A DNA stretch of 64,000 nucleotides from Eukaryota sp. TZLM1-RC (lineage: Eukaryota; Protista; Metamonada: BaSk clade): the NCBI GenBank assembly GCA_040285825.1, contig JAUPSS010000004.1:1840550-1904549 (forward strand). Direction: 5' to 3'. A program made the position numbers and the translations under genes. Positions 10,601 to 21,650 of this stretch are shown piece after piece. The notes under the pieces are model-generated. The model searched no databases and was not told the DNA's origin. It worked only from the letters and a program-made list of their open reading frames with translations. Each line of letters begins with the position of its first letter. The first letter of the stretch is position 1.

Positions 10601-11645
10601 AATCAAATCTTTAATGGGGGCCAATTCAGATTCAATTAGTGTTAATTTAGAGTTGAAGACATTTGCTCCAAAGCCGTTGTTTTTGACCGTCAATCAATCA
10701 CCTCACCAATCACTATCAACGAAGTCTAAATCAAAATTTTCCCAAATTTTGCAAAAGCCCTTTAAGAAATACCAAACTGATACCACAATCCATATTTTTT
10801 CACTTGCTTCGGGAAGATCTTATGAAAGAATGGTCTACATCATGGCAAGCTCAGTAGTGAAATATTCATCGTCACCGGTGAAATTTTGGCTACTTGGGAA
10901 TTATGTGTCACCAAAATTTCGTCAAGAGTTTGCTATTCTTGCTGAAAATTTGCGATTTGATTACGAATTGATTGATTACAAATGGCCAAGTTTTCTTTTC
11001 CCTCAATCAATTAAACATCGTGTAATGTGGGCTTACAAAATTCTTTTCCTTGATGTCTTGTTCCCTTCCAATGTTGAGAGGGTTTTATTTATGGATGCAG
11101 ATCAAGTAGCGAGAAGTGATGTCTCTACCATTTTCAACTCAGATCTGGGTGGGGAAGTGTTCGGAATGACCCCATTCTGTACAGACAAAGAGGAAATGCG
11201 AAATTTTGCTTTTTGGAGAAATCCCCAGGGCTGGTGGTTTCAGCATCTCAAGGGGAAGCCGTATTGTATCAGCGCTTTGTTTGTGGCGGATCTTAAACTA
11301 CTTCGTGAGCGGAAAGCTGGCGATATCATCAGAGCAACCTATCAAAGGCTAAGCCAAGACCCCAACAGTCTTTCTAATCTTGATCAAGATTTGCCGAACT
11401 TTCTTAATGGAGAAGGTAGCGTGGGTATCAAACCCTTGCCGCAAAACACCCTTTGGTGCGAGTCTTGGTGTCATGAAAACGGAAAAGAAAAGGCAAAGGT
11501 CATTGATTTGTGTAATAATCCAAAGTCGAAAGAAGATAAAGTCAATAGTGCCAAGAGAATTATTGATGAATGGAGCGACTTAGATCAATTTGCAAGTAAT
11601 TTGATTAATGGTTATGAAGGCGATTTTAATTCTGATGAATTATAA
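7680..11645 (+). CDS. UGGT: UDP-glucose:glycoprotein glucosyltransferase
   Basis: Signal peptide. GT24 domain 'IHIFSLASGRSYER', 'YKILFLDVLFP', 'DADQ', 'SLSNLDQDLPN', 'LWCESWC', 'IDLCNNP'. C-terminal SDEL ER-retention signal. Confidence 0.95.
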   Translation: MNCLLLCLLVFLCRTLAQPSLHIRTTSSFNSSPAAEALHFFCNSPQASSSLCKSFVSHLPLSSLELNSKLLIQKNLLPGNLSTLYSLSLQTRSFSPVIASNYPSFLNDQTGRFCAVILNEATSDGVFPCGEIPDQQFNLFIDPNHEGSVKFLSEAIKSPYLIKIIPFDSNQNDCFELVDFGVSLNLKSSEYQSNDSVKEDSNLPDWVNQSSAISDVKFPIANEFDEQQRSKIAWNLIDHALTSKDPLTNLTNTVNNMPLYVNDLYSGSSTLGQKFGTVNLSPALFVDGVKVSDSLQSIFGILDSLSERFNQIQSIKTILSDHPVSFNFPSFSFTKFPLKSVYWLNDARKLSSFGYSDDVTSLANSDLSRGRFDPIARNLISIVFITDPLSDLASLRSLSIIPQLINSGLPIRIGLTFHHNSDLGFDLNSKLLSLIQSKPDRIGILAQLANTFKKGSNMFENDRIVPQLESSLFRHFPVTEEVKKMVKKMDQTVKNRGLSRNYCFVNGKLLSLNEVNVGQEVSEEIERLRSLVVERQLTNENLETFPVNFHRNSNVFSSVFEPLTFGVSNDDCQVSKLGYSDDVVDTINFDWIRPENPQPVLISNTSLSLSLKFFSGDIFNPFFVGQNFGDVLIRFLINFHNVDEVETALDQNFAKLDSIWQLDLYSVEGEIFNEIFTLFNLTRDDLFSKYSTQLVSSAFQVDNGVFLAGYKFSNLSSSEAITDLFFDALKNSKLVTSKVLNTNPNLTFKGQWKANDLPISTDLSFLTPFSDLSVMIEGNFPIKLTAIIDPLSTSGRSLFNVLNYLTSFDIPCDLYLIPSPRYTLSPPIFSSFFQYSTPFSPTISLSLPENSTTFVTVDGNDNWVVHGVDSNVDLDNIKTNNYCDVFYGEFKLNQIVVHGHVFDNVDFEPFSGLLLTLTSSLTSSKVYDTLSMHNFGYFQLQAPSPGFFNLSVPPDYVISSFNQISFLDISSDSSIKSLMGANSDSISVNLELKTFAPKPLFLTVNQSPHQSLSTKSKSKFSQILQKPFKKYQTDTTIHIFSLASGRSYERMVYIMASSVVKYSSSPVKFWLLGNYVSPKFRQEFAILAENLRFDYELIDYKWPSFLFPQSIKHRVMWAYKILFLDVLFPSNVERVLFMDADQVARSDVSTIFNSDLGGEVFGMTPFCTDKEEMRNFAFWRNPQGWWFQHLKGKPYCISALFVADLKLLRERKAGDIIRATYQRLSQDPNSLSNLDQDLPNFLNGEGSVGIKPLPQNTLWCESWCHENGKEKAKVIDLCNNPKSKEDKVNSAKRIIDEWSDLDQFASNLINGYEGDFNSDEL

Positions 11646-11972
11646 CAAAATCAATGTTCTCTTTTTTTATCTTTTTGAAATAAATGTTTTAAGTTAAGTA
11701 TAGTTTTTTCAATAAGCCTTGGCAAGCAGCACATTTTTTTACTGGCAGATTTTTCATCATCCACACTAGATTTACTCAGAATTCTTCCTGCTTCCTTTGC
11801 TTAAAAAAAGAAGTGATTCATTGTAATCAACCACAGATTCAACATCAGTTGATACTCTATTTTAATTTTGGTCAAATAAATGTAAAAAGGGAGAGAAATA
11901 GACTTAATTTATTATAGTATTATTGAAATCTTCAAATCTCAAAGTGTTGTCTCATTCTATTCAGAATCGCCT

Positions 11973-12119
11973 TCATTTTCCTTCTTTGTCTTCCTTTGGA
12001 GGTCTTCCAGGGTGAGTTGTGGTTTCAGTAACGATTGTCCGTTTGACCCAAGTGCCGGGTTTCGGATGTTCTTCCTCAATTCTTGTGTCAATTTTCCGTT
12101 GTCCTTGACCTTTTGGCAT
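11973..12119 (-). CDS. 48-aa basic microprotein with AT-hook-like GRP motif (not in ORF track)
   Basis: MPKGQGQRKIDTRIEEEHPKPGTWVKRTIVTETTTHPGRPPKEDKEGK; collinear homologue at 61734-61874. Confidence 0.5.
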   Translation of the reverse strand: MPKGQGQRKIDTRIEEEHPKPGTWVKRTIVTETTTHPGRPPKEDKEGK

Positions 12120-13619
12120 GTTACGAAGTCAAATGGCGTATATTACGAACGTAGTCTGTGTTTTTCAACAGTGAAATGAAATCCTTTGATTTGTCCATTC
12201 AAAGTCTGTAAAACAAATGTTATTTACTAAAAAATTGTTGAGAAAACAACACAACTCTATAAGCGAATAATGTATTTTTAGAGTTGTAAGCAAATTTTGG
12301 GCTTCAATTTTATGATATTGAAAACTCTCTGTGTAATATTTTTGGTCCTTTTCTTAAGAATATTTGTTATGTCACAAAATGAAACATAATTTTCTAGAAA
12401 CAGGCCTAACTTCTCTTCTTCCAATAATAAACACATTTGTGTTTTACCAGAAAGAATGATCAAACTGGGTGTTGATGGTTTTTGAGCCTCAAATCGGTGG
12501 TTGCAGAATTTTAAACTTCGTCATAAGATAACACAAAACTTTGCCACTTAAATCACTAACCCCAAGAACTATAACTGGCCACAAAAGAATCGAAGGAACG
12601 ACTAAGTGTAGGACTCTTGGTCAATCAAGATGGTTCTTACAAGGGAAAGCCATACGTCATTGGCAAATATTTGAACCCATGGTGTTTTAAGAATCGTTAC
12701 GTGAAATTTTTTAGAATGTCATTACTTCACGAAGACTAACGCCTGGATGACTGCAAATGTTTTCAAAAATTAATTAAACTTTAATTAAAAAACTGAATAC
12801 TTACCCCTTATCAAAGAACGGTCGTGGAATTCTTTTATTGAACAGTGCAAGTTCATTCAAAATACATCTTGCACTTAGCCTTTTGGGAGCCATTTGACTG
12901 TATATTTTTTGCCGGAGAATACAACATCAAGACTACAACCACAGTAATTGCTGGAATCATAAAGCCATTTACGTTTTTTTGTTCATTTTATAGCAGATCA
13001 AAATAATTTATTAATAAATCATTAATCATTAATTATTAATTTGCGAAACAATACTAAGTTTGTAAAATCTGTAGTTGATCTAAAAGAGGTGGTGTATAAC
13101 ATACATGTATGCAAGGCCCCTAATGAAATCATTCAAACTTAGAAAAAATTAGTAATGAAACTGTTAGGAACTGCTGGAGACATGTAGGACTCGGTAGGAA
13201 CTGACTTTGCTTCTCTCAATGCAGAATTTTTTTGTGATATAGACGAAATCTATGACGAAAAGCCATTATTGTCATGTTTTTCCAACGGAATAATCAAAAG
13301 AAACCTTGTTTAAATTCCATCTGATTTTCAATACAGAAACTTTTAAACTTCTTACGTAGAGCTCGACTTCCTTATTTGTAGGACTCGGTATTGATGAAAA
13401 TCTGGTCAATGAACGTTTATGATAATGAAGAAGTTTTCATTGAGAACGTGGAAGAGGCAGGATTTCTGGATGTAGAGCTGTGTACAGTTGGTTTTTTTGA
13501 TATTTTGGCATTGTTGGAAATACTTTTTTATTCATCAACGAGTATGAAAACATAAAATACACAATTAAAACTCCACATCCTCAAAACCTGCATCCCCTAC
13601 ATCAAAGCAATTAATTGCC

Positions 13620-14065
13620 AAAGATTCAGAAAATTTCCCAAAAGAAGACAGTGAATCAGAAATCAGTTTTACCATTCCCTTAAAAATAGAAAATACAATC
13701 CTGTTTTGCCAGTAAACACGATTGAAAATTCTTCCAATTCTTACCTTTACAACTACATCAAATCCTCAAGGAAAGCCATGGCAGCCTTACCTTTTGATCC
13801 GAGCAAAGTAAAAAACAAAGGGACATAAATTATATTGAGCATGAGAATTTTCATTAATCTAGGAAATCGGTTTCGCATATTTTGCAATCTAATAATTTTC
13901 GCCTGCAAAAAGAGGATTATTTACATCCGAGTTAATGAGATGTTCGTTAGAGGAATTACAAGGGTCAATAGACATGGCGTCTAAAATAGTAAAACTACCA
14001 TTTAAACCGGGAACAACTAGATCACCTCTTGTCAGACCCATAGAAGCTCTGTTGTAGCGTACTAT
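13620..14065 (-). mobile_element. Non-LTR retrotransposon family B, RLE-domain fragment
   Basis: Near-identical to ~40405-40700: 'RGDLVVPGLNGSFTILDAMSIDP'. Confidence 0.8.
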
Positions 14066-14110
14066 TGCATTGTTTGCCAATAAAAATATTTTGGCTCAAA
14101 AATGCAGAAC

Positions 14111-14195
14111 AAAATCTTCCACATATCACAAACTTCAGTCCCTCAACATCAGTGTAAAAAGGACACTTCTTTCATTGTTATAGACAATATCTGTA
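14111..14195 (+). repeat. Cassette copy B upstream of the aspartic protease ATG
   Basis: AAAATCTTCCAC...CAGTCCCTCAACATCAGTGTAAAAAGGACACTTCTTTCATTGTTATAGACAATATCTGTA-ATG. Confidence 0.9.
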
Positions 14196-15671
14196 ATGAT
14201 GAACGACATCTTGTTTTTTACATGTATCTTGCTTGTAGTGTCTTATCTATTTCTACTTGTAGTCCCTATTGATGCATCCCGTTTCGTCTTAGCCTCATCA
14301 CCAGCTTATCGCGGATTGTACTTTTTCGAACTTGAATCATCAACATCTATTCCCCTTCATCTTCTCCTTGATTCTGGTTCTCCAAGTCTTCTTGTTGACT
14401 ATTCTGCTTATCCAATTCTATCCAATCTTACATCTGCTGTCCATCTAACACAACCTCATTGTCCAGTTGTCACTCAGCTTAGTTCTCCACGTCACCTTAA
14501 GCTGTCTGCGACTTCCTCCACCTCCAAGTGCCCCTTTTCTGTTCAGTTCCTCGACGGTCTGTCACACTCCGGTTTTCTTCTCAACTGCTCTTCTTTCCTT
14601 CCTGTGCCCTCTTCTCCTGATTTCTTCATCATTGGTCATCTTTCTTCAGATCTTCCTTTCTCTACTCCGCACGACTTTCATGGGGTCCTCGGTATTGGAC
14701 CACCAGCCTTGGACCCTTGTATGGGTCAACCTTGTCTTGGAACCCCAATATTGCCAATGTTATTCGAGGAAAGCGATCATAACTCCAATCAAAACTCAAT
14801 CGATGACGTGACCATTTCCTTTTGTTTTGGACTGTCTGGTGGTATAGTTTCCTTTGGTGACGTGGAATCTGATCTTGTTGGTTCCCCTTTTGAGTATGTT
14901 CCTCTATTGGATGATGTTGCTTTTGCCACACCAATCAATCAAATTATGATTGGTGAGGTGTCGTTTTTTAAATTTAGTAGCACTAGATTAGTAATTGACA
15001 CGGGTTCTAGGTCGCTTTTGCTTCCTTTATCTTTATTTTTGCAATTGAAACAGTGGTTTTTGGATTATTTCTCCCATTTGATTGGTATCTCTAAATCCAA
15101 ATCTCTATTTGATGGTTATTGTTTTGAAATTCATGAACGTCACTTGAGATCTTTTCCTCAGTTTAAGTTAGTCTTAACTCTTCAATCAGAATTAATTTTA
15201 AATTCAAAAGACTATCTGTTTAGCCAAATTACAAATGGCGTGCGAAGGTATTGTTTGGCGATCGAACCCTTTGATGGATCTTTTGACACTATAATCGCTG
15301 GTTCTCTGGTGCTCTCCCCATTTTACACTACTATTGACTTTGCTCGTAGTAGAGTGGCCTTTGCAATCAAAGCTGATGATAACTGTCTGATTTCGGAAGT
15401 TCCTGACTGTCCCAATGATTGTAGGGGTCGTGGAGAATGTTTTTACGGACAATGTCTTTGCACCAATGGCTGGGAGGGCGAGCAATGTGAATCCCTTAGA
15501 ACAAGCACAATTATGCAATTAGTTTTGTTTTTTTCCTTGTGTACTTTGGCTACCCTTTTCTTTATTTTATTAAAGAAAAATAGATACTCTCTTCCCAGAA
15601 GTGCAAGAATTCTTCAATTAGGTCAAGGTGAAACGATAAGGCCAGTCTTTCAACAACGCGTTTCTATTTAA
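14196..15671 (+). CDS. Membrane-anchored pepsin-family (A1) aspartic protease with C-terminal EGF-like domain
   Basis: Signal peptide, two catalytic motifs 'LLDSGS' and 'VIDTGS', EGF 'CPNDCRGRGECFYGQCLCTNGWEGEQC', TM helix. Confidence 0.88.
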   Translation: MMNDILFFTCILLVVSYLFLLVVPIDASRFVLASSPAYRGLYFFELESSTSIPLHLLLDSGSPSLLVDYSAYPILSNLTSAVHLTQPHCPVVTQLSSPRHLKLSATSSTSKCPFSVQFLDGLSHSGFLLNCSSFLPVPSSPDFFIIGHLSSDLPFSTPHDFHGVLGIGPPALDPCMGQPCLGTPILPMLFEESDHNSNQNSIDDVTISFCFGLSGGIVSFGDVESDLVGSPFEYVPLLDDVAFATPINQIMIGEVSFFKFSSTRLVIDTGSRSLLLPLSLFLQLKQWFLDYFSHLIGISKSKSLFDGYCFEIHERHLRSFPQFKLVLTLQSELILNSKDYLFSQITNGVRRYCLAIEPFDGSFDTIIAGSLVLSPFYTTIDFARSRVAFAIKADDNCLISEVPDCPNDCRGRGECFYGQCLCTNGWEGEQCESLRTSTIMQLVLFFSLCTLATLFFILLKKNRYSLPRSARILQLGQGETIRPVFQQRVSI

Positions 15672-15673
15672 TC

Positions 15674-15691
15674 AACCCTAACCCTAACCCT
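15674..15691 (+). repeat. Three telomere-like AACCCT units
   Basis: AACCCTAACCCTAACCCT directly after the stop codon. Confidence 0.6.
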
Positions 15692-16839
15692 TAGTGTAAT
15701 CATTATTTAAGATGCTAAGTTTTTTATTCAATTCTATTTCCTATTGAAACAAATTAAAAAGTTTGATTTAAATAAGAAGTTTAATCATTAATACCTTTTT
15801 CGGCCACTAGTGCAACAATAAATTAACCTGGATTCACTTTGCTTTATCAATTTTCGGGTTTATTTTTGAGAAATGGTTTGTATTTTAGACTTATAGTAAT
15901 AAATGAATATTTGAATATCATCGGTGGCTCCCACGATGACTCGTAGCAAGCTTCACCTTAAAATACAATAAAATTCGTTAATTCACTTTACACTTTGGTT
16001 TAAAGAAAACTTGAATAAGAAGGCACATTTGAGAAAAGAACTGAAAGAGAACTCAATCCCATTTTCCTTCTTCATACATTGTGTCCCGAGAATATTTTTT
16101 AACCATTGGATTTCAAGACCGTTGTCGCTCCTGAGCAAACGTCAGTATGGCAAAGATAATTTTGAATTGTAAGATGAGAATACAGATGACAATGTGAAAA
16201 AAGTGACCAGATAGATTTGTATTGGAAAAACTCAAAGAGCTTGACGAGAGATGATGTTAGTGATTGCAATCTTAATTAAATCATTTAAATAATTGAGAAA
16301 TGATTAAAAACAACTGGACATAACTAGAAATTTGAAAACTAACAATCCTTCTAAAAGTTTCCAATCTCCAGATATGATCCAACTCTGAGAGCCCGACACA
16401 CTGTCAAACTGTGTTGTGTTCTATTTTTGTGATTCCATTAAAACTAATAACCAATATCTTCTGTTAGATTATATTATATTAAACTAAACTAAACTATTAG
16501 GTGAGGACAACTACTTCATAAAGAAGCACCTCACTACTTTAAACAAAGTGATAGGTGAATCGTGCATTATTACCTATCAAACTGTGGTAAGAGAAAAGGC
16601 AAGTAACACAATGGGATCTGTCCTTCCTGTATTTGCGAGTACTGTACTTAATGTGTGGATTCATTCTTTCATGATTAGGTCAATAAGATTAGTTTGATCT
16701 ATGAAGGAGAGAATGAATGTCAAAGATGTGATTTTTGAACGAATTGTGTATAGTGTTTTCAACCCTTGACCTTCTTTTCACCCTCCCTCGGTCAACCCAC
16801 TCATAATTCATTTTCGGTCAAAGTCGTACCGTTTCTCTG

Positions 16840-17413
16840 TAATGTGATCCTTGTAATTCCTCAAATGAAAGGCTTGTTAATTCTGAAATTCATTATCCTC
16901 TTTCAAATGCTGAAAATTTCAAAATCAAAAAATACAATGAACCTTTGTCCAATTTGGCCAGTTAACAGCATGCAAAATTCAATTTGTATTCATTTGTATT
17001 TTCCCTTTTTGGTTCACTTGCTCCAACGGCTATATTTTTTTGGAAGATTTTGAAATGATTGTAAAGAAAAGAACTAACAGAAATTTCAACAGATTGTTTT
17101 GGCAAAATAGAATTGTGTTTTCTATTTTTAAGGGGATGTTGAAGATGGTTTCTGATGGTCTGCTTTCTCTTGGATTTCACTATGAGAGAGTTGCATCTAG
17201 AGTTTTTGTTTTGGGAGAGATGGGTTATTTAGATATTGATTTATATGTTTTTGATTTGCCATTATTAATAGATTACCGCGGTTTTCCAATCGAATTAGAG
17301 AAGCTTTAGCTAGACAGCAAGCAAATCAAGATTTTGTAGAGGAAATCTTGATTTAATGATAGTCGTCCCATTAGTTATGATTTAATTTAATCAAGTGTGC
17401 AAATTCAATAAAT
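16840..17413 (+). mobile_element. Two stacked non-LTR 3' fragments (family B' 16840-17250; family A 3' end 17257-17413)
   Basis: The first part matches the 55-57 kb units in reverse complement. The second matches 23260-23416, including the 3' UTR ATAGTCGTCCCATTAGTTATG...AATAAA. Confidence 0.8.
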
Positions 17414-17490
17414 ACATGTTTTTGATGAAATTAATAATGCAAAAAAACCTTGACCAATTCTTCCAATCCAAATTTTCACCCCTCCCCTCC

Positions 17491-19011
17491 ATGAGTAGAG
17501 TCAAGTTCGTTGAGAACTTTGTGAGAGAAATCTTTCGTTCATACAAGAGAGGCAATGATGAACTGGTCCGTTTTATTGAAAGTCAAACATCTGAGTATCC
17601 ACAAGAGATTGCTTTACGGTTGTCATGTCTCATCTCTGGTTCTCCCGAAAACTTCAACAATCTTTCTTCAATGGCCAGTCGCCTCGACTCTATATTTTAT
17701 GAGTTTCCTGTCTTGTTATTTGCAGCGTCTGTATCTTTTAATGTTTCCTATGACAAACAGCACATAGAAAAACTGTCACAAACCATTTGTCACCATCCTC
17801 AATTAACTCCACCATTTGTAGATGACCTTTTAACTCAGTTCTATTTGGAATCAACATCTCAAATCATTCACACTTGGTGTAAAGACCTTATAATACGAAA
17901 AATACACCAGGGTTGTCCTCGCCTGGACCCTACAGAATCCATGGAAAGGAAGGCAAGACCTTTCATGAAGACTAAGGACAGCATGGATGCCATTGAGGAG
18001 CAGCTGAAAAACCATTACGGTAACCTTTGTGAAATATCAATGGCGAACGCTAAGAAGATAGTTCCAGGAGTCATGATTGCTTGCGATTCGTTTGAATCTC
18101 ACTATGAATTCCTTGATAATCTTTTGTTTTATTCCACTACATTTGTGAAGAGCTCCTCTGTTGATGGTATTGATGCTGCTTTTGTTCCACAGAAAGCGCT
18201 TCCTCTGCGTCATATTGATTTGGTTGATGCTGTTTTAGCAAAAATTGCTGAAAGCCTTTCTCTTCTGGTACCTTTAAACGATGAAGAATGGCTTTACCCT
18301 GATGATTCACTCCACGAGTGCTGGGTGATTTCACTGTGGACACCCAAGGTGTTCAACCCTCTTATGAGCAGGGTTCCTGGATTTTATAACCTTAGTCCAA
18401 CCGATCTTCTCCAACCAGAAGCCACAATCTTGAACCAGTTATATGATACTGAGGAAATGGATTTATTCAAACGATTTACTTCTTATTTAAATCAATTCAC
18501 AAGCCCACCTTTTGAAGAATTTTGCAAGATTCTGAACAAATTCTTTGATGAAAGGTATTTGTTTGAAGTATCAGAATTATTATCTTTATTGTTTTTGAAT
18601 GGGCAGCAAGTTGATTATTTCCTTAAACTATCAGTTTATAGGCTGGAAAGCCTTAATCTCTCATTAGAAGTTGTTTTCAATTGGTTAATATTGAAGGCTC
18701 GAAGGTCTTTCATTGAACAACTCTTCTCAGAGGCGATTGCCAAGGATGTTGCTTTTTGGCTATGCTCATCCCCAGACTTTACCTGCAACTTTTCCTGGCT
18801 TGTTGATACCTCACCTCCTCATATCATTGAAAGCCTCCACGACATAGAGATTCCAGTCTTGGAAGTGGGGTTAGAGGAGAGCCATATAGAGAAACCTAGA
18901 ATGATATGGACCACCTTAAGAGCATTCCAAGAGTGTACAATGTATAATACCAAGCCGCCGTTGACGGTTTTCCCTGCACCGCGGTTGAAGGGAGATTTCT
19001 GGGAAACTTGA
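17491..19011 (+). CDS. Hypothetical protein (~506 aa, largely helical)
   Basis: Long open frame. The upstream part of the track ORF overlaps a retroelement 3' UTR, so the start is placed at MSRVKF. No family recognised. Confidence 0.7.
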   Translation: MSRVKFVENFVREIFRSYKRGNDELVRFIESQTSEYPQEIALRLSCLISGSPENFNNLSSMASRLDSIFYEFPVLLFAASVSFNVSYDKQHIEKLSQTICHHPQLTPPFVDDLLTQFYLESTSQIIHTWCKDLIIRKIHQGCPRLDPTESMERKARPFMKTKDSMDAIEEQLKNHYGNLCEISMANAKKIVPGVMIACDSFESHYEFLDNLLFYSTTFVKSSSVDGIDAAFVPQKALPLRHIDLVDAVLAKIAESLSLLVPLNDEEWLYPDDSLHECWVISLWTPKVFNPLMSRVPGFYNLSPTDLLQPEATILNQLYDTEEMDLFKRFTSYLNQFTSPPFEEFCKILNKFFDERYLFEVSELLSLLFLNGQQVDYFLKLSVYRLESLNLSLEVVFNWLILKARRSFIEQLFSEAIAKDVAFWLCSSPDFTCNFSWLVDTSPPHIIESLHDIEIPVLEVGLEESHIEKPRMIWTTLRAFQECTMYNTKPPLTVFPAPRLKGDFWET

Positions 19012-19151
19012 TTTAAATTTAATAGAAGTTTTAGTTAAAATTGTAGAATTATTGTGTATTTAGAATATTAATGTTGTTATTTTAAAATAATAGCTCCATA
19101 TATAAAATAGTTCCGTTTCTATTAAATGCCCTGTGTCTTCAACGTGTATAT

Positions 19152-19406
19152 CTACATTGGTCTCTCTCCTTCTTTTGCATATTCTACAGACAATGTTCTA
19201 CCAAAAAGTTCTCCACGATGAAGATTATCTATTGCACTAGCGGCATCTTCAGGGTCTTCATAATGTACAAAGCCATGTCCCTTGTGATTTCCATCTGGTC
19301 CTTCTGGTAGATCTATTGTTATGACAGGGCCAAAAGTGAAGGTGAGAGCTTCTAAGGTGGGAATGTCCACTTCGGGGGCCAGATTGGCTATAAAGACTCG
19401 GGACAT
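19152..19406 (-). CDS. Stand-alone RRM protein resembling the PPIE/Cyp33 RRM
   Basis: RNP2 'VFIANL', RNP1 'KGHGFVHY', and 'DAASAIDNLHRGELFGRTLSV' like the Cyp33 RRM. Confidence 0.8.
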   Translation of the reverse strand: MSRVFIANLAPEVDIPTLEALTFTFGPVITIDLPEGPDGNHKGHGFVHYEDPEDAASAIDNLHRGELFGRTLSVEYAKEGERPM

Positions 19407-19487
19407 TGGTCAAGAAGTGGTGATATCAAGTAAGGAAATGTGATCAAAATCTGTATTGGAAACAATCTGGAAAATACTCTAAACCAC

Positions 19488-21650
19488 CTACTGTGAATTT
19501 CACTTATCATGCATTCCCCTGTGAAATTCACTCCTGTTTTCAACTTTCTCAATGTCTACTCACAGGCTGTGAGAGACATGTAGCGTCATTTGACAAAGAC
19601 AATCATGATGTTCATCAAAGGGCTACCTCACTTAAATACACCTACTGCTTTCACAGAACAAAGCCTCACGACTTGACGTATCTGAATTTGATCTACCAAA
19701 TGCTACTAAGGCGCTTGTACATCGGCCTCAACCGTTTTGAAAAAAATAAAAAATGAAATAAAAAATTCAAAATAAAATTTAAGTTTTTCAAAAGTTTTAG
19801 TTTCTGTATGCTCAGGTTCCCCATTCATCTTCTCAACAGAGCATCTGGGCAAATGTACCTTTCCGGCCACAATTCCGCTTTCTTCTTAATTTGAATATTT
19901 TTTGCAGCTGAAATATCTCTGTCATATACTATTTGACACTCAGTACAAATACGCATCTGCCATGAGCCTGCTTGAATATTCTCGGCCATGCAACAACTTG
20001 ACATTTTGCTTGTATTAAATTCACTGGTTGACAAGTGCTTCACGTTTTTTTGATAACACAACCATTTTCTGAAAGTCCTTGCTGATCCATATCGATTGAC
20101 TTTTCGGCAATGAGAAGGGAAATTAGCAGAACCCACAGCAAGATAGAGTTTTTCAGGATGTCCAGCCAGCCTTTGAAATTTGTTGAGACTCTCTCTGAAC
20201 CGTCTCTCTTTTCGTCTGCGGTTATCAAATTTAATTATTTTTCATTTCTGGCGATTACTTTCCCAATACACTTTCCTCCTGACCAAATTCCAATGGTTCA
20301 AATATTGGTTGGGAGAGTGTTTACTGGGTGAAGGTTTTGTCATGTATCTTCTGCCAGTTGGACAAGGGATAACTCCACATTGATTATCATTTAAGAAGTA
20401 ACCACATAATCTTGATTGGCCAAGATCAACGCCAATAAGGGGGCTTTCAGGTAAAATTTCGACTGGATGTCTACGTCTTCGACGAGGCATTTTTTTAGTA
20501 CCCTTCAACTGTGTTTCTCTGGTTTTGTTGGCATTAGGGTCACTTTTCATTTCATTTTTTGATCTTCTTTTCTTTTTCGGTGGTTCATCCAGCTCATCTG
20601 TGTTTTCTGAGTCATTATTTTTACCTTCAAAGGTCAAAAGCAGTTCATTACCATTAGTTTTCAATACAATTTTGTCAAATCTATTTTTCAAACTTTTTCT
20701 GTTGATATTGAATTTTTGGTAAGGACATTGTTTGAATATTCGTTTCAGACATGTATTTTTGATAAACTTTGTTTTGGAAGATGATCCTTCAATAATTGGA
20801 AATTTTTTCACAGAGTGGAAAATTTGTGAAGGTACCTCAATAAATTTAGAACCTTTATGAGAAGCTAAAATAATTATTCTAAATTTCTTCCAGCAATGCA
20901 TATGAGAAAAGAAAGTGAGTAAGTATTGTGAAATTTTAAGATTGAAGAGAAAAAGCTCACTAATTTCCTTTGATGAAAAAGTGATTTTATCATGTGAGGA
21001 CAGTAGGGAGGCAGTGGTAGGAAATCTTTGGAGGAGATTCAAGATAAACCTACATGCATTCAATAAAAAAATCTTTCTCTTGAATTATTCAAATTGAAAT
21101 TGATGAGGTATTCAAGAACAGAATCAACTACTACTTCCTCGGGTTGGGCTAGTAGTTCATCTGGCAAAAGTGAAAGAATATTATTTGCAAAGACATTTGT
21201 TTTATTCAGGGCTCTACAATGAGCACGAATAAAGTTTTTTGTCCAGGATTGACAAATTTTGGGTAAACTTGTCTTCACGTTGGAGGCCAATTGATGAGCC
21301 CGACAAGCAAGGTAAGGAGAAAGCCCTTTTCTATTGATAAAATTACAGTTCTGGGACTGCAGCCAATCATTGAGGAAAAGATTGAATGAATTTCTGTAAG
21401 GCACTAAAGAATTTTCCCACACAGAAACAAGAGACCTGTCTTGTGGGCATTCAGGAAGAAATCCATTGTAAAAGATATGGAGTAATTGGCGTTGGCCTTT
21501 AGATGTGGAAGGCTTAGGAAAAGAACCAGTGGTGATGACGGTCATAAACAGATACCATACATCCTGTTCCACTAAAGCTCTAGATGCCAACGGAAAATTT
21601 AGAAGAAAAGATTGAAGTAATAAAGAAGCTTCATGACAAATCTCGGTGAC
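19488..21650 (-). mobile_element. Fanzor family A, copy 2 (pseudogenised, 5'-truncated)
   Basis: Near-identical to ~1122-3248. Frameshift near 21065, 27-nt deletion, TGG>TGA at 20242-20244, AT-rich insertion after the stop. Confidence 0.93.

Noticed and set aside
12200-13600. Degraded coding-like sequence (also 23600-24240, 25950-26800, 62050-62480)
   Set aside because: No family motif could be supported by eye.
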